From Bugula neritina (taxonomy: Eukaryota; Animalia; Bryozoa), in assembly GCA_964035545.1 (NCBI GenBank), contig OZ037766.1:17040722-17104721 (forward strand): DNA of 64,000 nt. The letters are read 5' to 3'. Both the position numbers and the translations under genes were made by a program. Under the pieces are notes generated by a model that was given only the letters and a program-made list of their open reading frames with translations, made no database searches and was not told the origin of the DNA. Below are positions 12,755-64,000 of this stretch, piece by piece (position 1 is the first letter of the stretch; each line of letters opens with the position of its first letter).

Positions 12755-13255
12755 CTTTACTGCATGTGTATAATAAGTGACTGTTTGTAGCGTCATGACA
12801 CTGTTGCTATCAGCATATTTCAGAAAATAGTCTTGAACTACATGAAAAATAAGTCTCCCACTTAAAGAAATTTCATTATTTCTCTGATAGAGCAGCTGTT
12901 CATTATAAAAACTTTAAAAAAAGTTGTAAATCTCGTGTCTTATGGAAATGCTTTTAGACTTCATGCTGCGTGGAACATTTTTTCAACCAGTCATGACAAG
13001 ACTCCCTGTGATGGTATAGGTGGAACAATTATAAAAGGCAAGCTGCTAATGCAAATCTGCAAACAGTGACTATCCCAGACATTTGTTAACGCCTTATGCA
13101 AGACATGCTTGATTAGGGCTTATTTCACATAAAAAATTTGAATTTTCTTCTTTGTCACTAGAGATGAAGTTAGAAATTATATTCCCAGTCCCAAAATGCT
13201 CACTTCTCACTTGCAAAAGCCGTGCCTGGTACCCATGACTATCATTGTTTTATCT
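12755..13255 (+). pseudogene. Decayed DNA-transposon transposase fragment (superfamily not assigned)
   Basis: Frameshifted translation ISDCL.HDTVAISIFQK...KKFHYFSDRAAVHYKN...WNIFSTSHDKTPCDGIGGTI...AVPGTHDYHCF resembles the recurrent invertebrate transposase pattern YFSDGAASQYKN...FFATSHGKGPCDGIGG. Confidence 0.7.
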
Positions 13256-13279
13256 TTTCAATCAACAAAGAGCAGAGCC

Positions 13280-13410
13280 AACTATGAGTCTATGACCTAC
13301 TAAATGATGAACTACTGAATTATAAACTGCTTAACTATGATCTCCTGAACTATGAGCTGCTAAACTACAAACTACTGAGTTATAAACTGCTGCACCATGG
13401 ATGCTAAACT
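13280..13410. repeat. Minisatellite, about 15-bp unit (aactatgaactactg-like)
   Basis: Periodic aactatga/aactactg/aactgct units. Confidence 0.7.
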
Positions 13411-14358
13411 GATGAGAGTACATGGTACATTGACAAACTGTGCTTCATCTCAGTTATTTTGTAGCATTCCTGCCTCTGATGGAAGACTGTGCTATAATGC
13501 TAGCAAAGCTGAAGTCGTGTCCTTACAAAGTCAGCTGGGGTCAGTATTACTACACAATACCCTGTTATACTAACAGCTCATGTTTTACCTGCAGTACAAT
13601 CTCAAGGCTACCAGATTATAGAGTGGCTGCTTTGTGTAACTGGAATCTTCAGTCAAACAGTGCAACAAGCAAATAATTTACCATAATATTTACATACCAT
13701 CGTCCTCTAAAACTATATTTGATATATTTACATTGTTTCCTATAACATAACCAGTATTATATATACTAGAGCAGTGCACAATTATTGCCTGCACATAACT
13801 CATGATCATCTGTTTATATATTAAAGGGTTTAACCTCATATATATACATACATATATGTGTGTGTGCATGGGCATGTGAGTGTGCGTGTGTGTCTGTGTG
13901 TATATAATACATAGACTACAACTGTAAGTCTTCAAAAATATTGATGGCCATAGTAGTATAATTATAGATCTCTTTACAACATATAATCAAAGCCAATAGA
14001 TGCAGACTGATGACTCCGGACTCAGCAAACTTGCAAATATATACTTGTATAGACAAGTCTGAAGTTGCTTCCCCTCAGTAAATTTATTTATTGCAATTAT
14101 TAAAATATAACCCTTAACATAGAATTTTAGAAACTTTATTATCAGCTATACATAACGTATTCCTCAAGTGTTAACACAAGGTTGACAAACTATAATAATA
14201 TATGAATAAAACACAAAATTGGACGTCATGCACAACACAACTTAATAGATTTAAACCGACAAGATGGCTGAGAGTACTTCTATAGAAAGAAAAAACAGAA
14301 TTTGAAGAAATAACGAAAAAATACAAATAGTGAGAAGGTTCAAAGCATTGAAAAAAGA

Positions 14359-16492
14359 ATGGAGAGCATTAAATCAGTGCCAGCAAACCGTGGCTATTCT
14401 TATATTAGTAACATGCTGAACACATGGGAAGATAAGCTTCAGTGTCCAATTTGTATTAGCCCTTTCAAAGAACCTGTCGCCTTATCATGCCTCCACAGTT
14501 TTTGTAAGGTATGCTTAGAGCTTCTTGTTAAAACAGTAAATCCAAAAAAGATATCATGTCCAACTTGTCGACAATGCACAATTTTAACCAAGAAAGATGG
14601 ACTTGAAGGTTTACCCAGAAACTTTTACATAGAAGAGATTTATGAAAAGGTAAGATAATATTATAATTTGACATATTGATAAAATATGTTGTTTTATACT
14701 TATTGTTATGTCTGGCAATATTCTTTGTCATTGTGTAGCTACTGTACTCATCAAATTTTACAATATATGCTGTAGATTTTAACTGTATTATAAATACTAT
14801 GAAATGATGTATGCAGATTAGAAAGGGCCAAGCTTGCTTAGCATCGCTAACTGTTTCTGCTGGTGAGACGAAAGAAAATTATCCTAGTTCCTTCATAGTT
14901 TGCACAGACCATCAGCGACTGAGTGCCCCATATTTTACAGTGTGCATGCAATGCATTGCTGACCTCAGAGCTTATTTTATGAAGATCTCAAGCTATGTTA
15001 GAGTTATCAACCCTTCCTACAAAACCTGCAGTGATGTGTTCACTCATTTAAAGAGAGTAAGCTACTTTTACAATTATTGTTATACCATGGTACAAAATTC
15101 ACTCTCTTGTTGTTTATAGATGCTGTATAACCAGGTGCAGCAAGTCCACAAAACTTGGAAATATAAAACTTTGGGGCATATATAATTTCAGGAAATCATG
15201 CGCTGCTAAGTTATGGCCAATTATTTTTCAATATATTACTGTTGGGTTATGAAAGTTTACATGTGAGGTTTGATGTATATTTATACACTTTGTATTTATA
15301 GCATAGTCCAAGTTTACTTCTTATGTTGGAAAACGCACAAGAAGCATGCGAGGGAGTGATTCCACCAAAAATGTTCGTTAAAATTTTTATAGAAGAGACC
15401 AAATGCCGAGAGCCAAAACCACAAACTCTACCTGCAACTCGGAGAGTAGAAAATGAGCAGCCAAGCTTAGAAACAGTAGCTCAAGCTACAGTGCATTCAC
15501 CTCAGTCTGCTATACAGCAGAGTCCACTAAGTCACGCATCCTCTGCAAGCACATCTAATAAAACAGCAGACAACTACCGCAAATTATATGAAACAGCAAT
15601 GACGCAGGTAGCCAAGCTGAGAGAAGAAAATCGTCAGTTAGTTTTGTCTGTTGCTCAGAGCAACAATGGAAACTCAAGACACCTGCTTCGAAGATTAAAA
15701 TCCAGGCTTACTCGCACTCGCAACCCTCACAACATGGACGAAAATGACCAGGTCGATGTTCCTGAATTTCCAAGAGATGGTACAGCATCAAGCAACCATT
15801 TCAGACCTCAGGCAACACATTTGGTGCCAACAGAAAATTGCTCTTTAGGTAAACAATCTAGTGGGGACGTCGCTAGATTAAATATAGAAAGAAATCAAAC
15901 TAAAGCTTTATGTGATAAGCAAGTACCAACAGATAGAGGAGACGGCGGAGATACATGCACTGAACGGATACCCCGCGTACCCACACCCCACCCATCACCG
16001 CGCTATAAAAAGTTACCACCATACGCACTGGCTTACAACCAACAGCTGAAAAATTCTCAACAAAGTAGAAGTATGCAGATAGCTTGTTCAAGTAGTGATA
16101 ATAACAGCAGCGGAAGCAGCACTGGAAACAGCAGCAGTCCGTCTGCAGTATGCCAGACAGCCACGATTTCCACTAAAAGATTACAAAAGAGATCAAACAG
16201 GCGAGGCAACACATTGAGCACAATGGCTGGTAACAGAGGAACTTGTGAAGAAGAGAAACACGAAGCTACTAGCAGCAACGCCGGTGGAAGCAATCAAAGA
16301 AATGGAGCTAGTAATATTAATGTTGATGGAGAAATCCCCCAAACGAAAAAACCTGAAGCCATAGCTGCAGCCAATTCTGATGCAAGAACTACAAGCACTT
16401 TTGAGACGCCATGCATATACCGGAGCAGCTGGATGTGGAAGATTCTGGGTATGAGTGTAGATGTGAAAGAGAGACAGCCCGCAGCTCAGTGA
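14359..16492 (+). CDS. TRIM-like C3HC4 RING-finger protein (putative E3 ubiquitin ligase) with a short coiled coil and a long Ser/Asn/Gln-rich disordered C-terminus; about 573 aa
   Basis: Exons 14359-14649, probably 14817-15056, and 15302-16492, all phase 0 with AG/GT ends. RING LQCPIC...PVALSCLHSFCKVCL...ISCPTCR followed by TRIM-type LPRNFYI. Coiled coil NYRKLYETAMTQVAKLREENRQL. Confidence 0.8.
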
Positions 16493-17156
16493 TGTGGATG
16501 AGCTCGATATGGTGAACTGGGATATTGATAGTTTATATGCTTTGTTGAGTTCAGCATAACCGAATAAGCTGATTAGTAACGCAAAAGTTGGTACAGAAAC
16601 AAGATAACAAAAATAATTAATTATATTACATAAAATATTATTTTACTTTTAGTTGATAAATATTTTAATTTATTTTTGCTGATATTAAAAATTACACTAT
16701 AAAACTTTATATAAAATATTTAACTTATAAGTTTTTTTTCAAGTAGAACTTCAACAATAAAATACCAAACTAATATTAAAATACACAATGCTATTGTTTC
16801 ACGAAATTACAGAAAGTTAGAGCATAAACCAGAGCCAATAAAATTATTCAAAACAAAAAGTAAATATTGGTTGAAATAAAAAACAACTACAGAAGCTTAG
16901 ACAGAAGTAATTAGCATTCATTACAATATGTTATGGGCAACACTGAGTGGAATAATGTTATCAGGGGTGATACAATGCTATAGTATACAGCATGACTTAT
17001 CAGAGACTACAACACAACAAATTTCAATCTACTCGGTATACATTACACATTTAGAATATTATGCTTTTTGAAGAAGCTATTGCAGGTGCAGGGTAATAAA
17101 GGTATCTGTGGACAGCTAAGCAGAAATTTGTAGAACTTTGGATATAGTGGCTGACT

Positions 17157-63720
<46,564 letters not shown>

Positions 63721-63817
63721 CTGAAACATATCAAGGCAAACAATATAAACCATTTAGGAAAAACTACATTGAAACATAATTTCCTTTCTAACATCTAGAG
63801 TCTAAAATATATTTGAC

Positions 63818-63820
<3 letters not shown>

Positions 63821-63887
<67 letters not shown>
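63821..63887. repeat. (TA)n microsatellite
   Basis: Perfect TA run. Confidence 0.97.
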
Positions 63888-63892
<5 letters not shown>

Positions 63893-64000
63893 TAGTTTTC
63901 ATATGATATGCAAAAGGCCTACTAGAAAACCATGCACTTTCACACCATTGGAATTAAAACAGTGTAACAACTTTGTATGCTCTATTTAACATAAGACTTA

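Noticed and set aside
14221-14272. CRE-like (GACGTCA) and YY1-like (CAAGATGGC) motifs upstream of the RING ATG
   Set aside because: Short motifs expected by chance; no TSS evidence.
15120-15185. Possible additional RING-gene exon after the acceptor at 15119
   Set aside because: An in-frame stop follows and only weak donors are present; not supportable without transcripts.

Overview
AT-rich, intron-rich eukaryotic (invertebrate animal) genomic DNA; there are no prokaryotic operons or CRISPR arrays, and most ORFs in the track are exon fragments or noise. Gene models below come from manual GT-AG/phase walking. (1) 3' part of a PARP14/15-like macro-WWE-PARP mono-ADP-ribosyltransferase gene (+, 9 visible exons, 1806-10811). 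Its introns hold a truncated gypsy-like LTR element with a tRNA-Leu PBS and a decayed RTE-type LINE that is itself interrupted by a solo LTR. (2) A TRIM-like RING-finger gene with a long disordered tail (+, 14359-16492). (3) A very large non-classical cadherin gene (-, at least 51 exons, about 2,740 aa visible, start beyond the window end) ending in a membrane-proximal domain, TM helix and short tail. Its introns contain two intact nested genes: an NDUFA4/COXFA4-like gene with an intronless CDS on the opposite strand (35128-35418), and an 11-exon secreted CBM+GH10 xylanase-like gene on the SAME strand (43283-47421), whose ATG lies directly behind a splice acceptor in phase with the upstream cadherin exon. 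Also present: several MITEs, a tRNA-derived SINE, decayed transposase fragments and microsatellites. The best leads are the same-strand nested xylanase with a possible cadherin-xylanase chimera, a furin-flanked two-cysteine loop inside a cadherin repeat, and tandemly duplicated splice donors. All remain unverified hypotheses.
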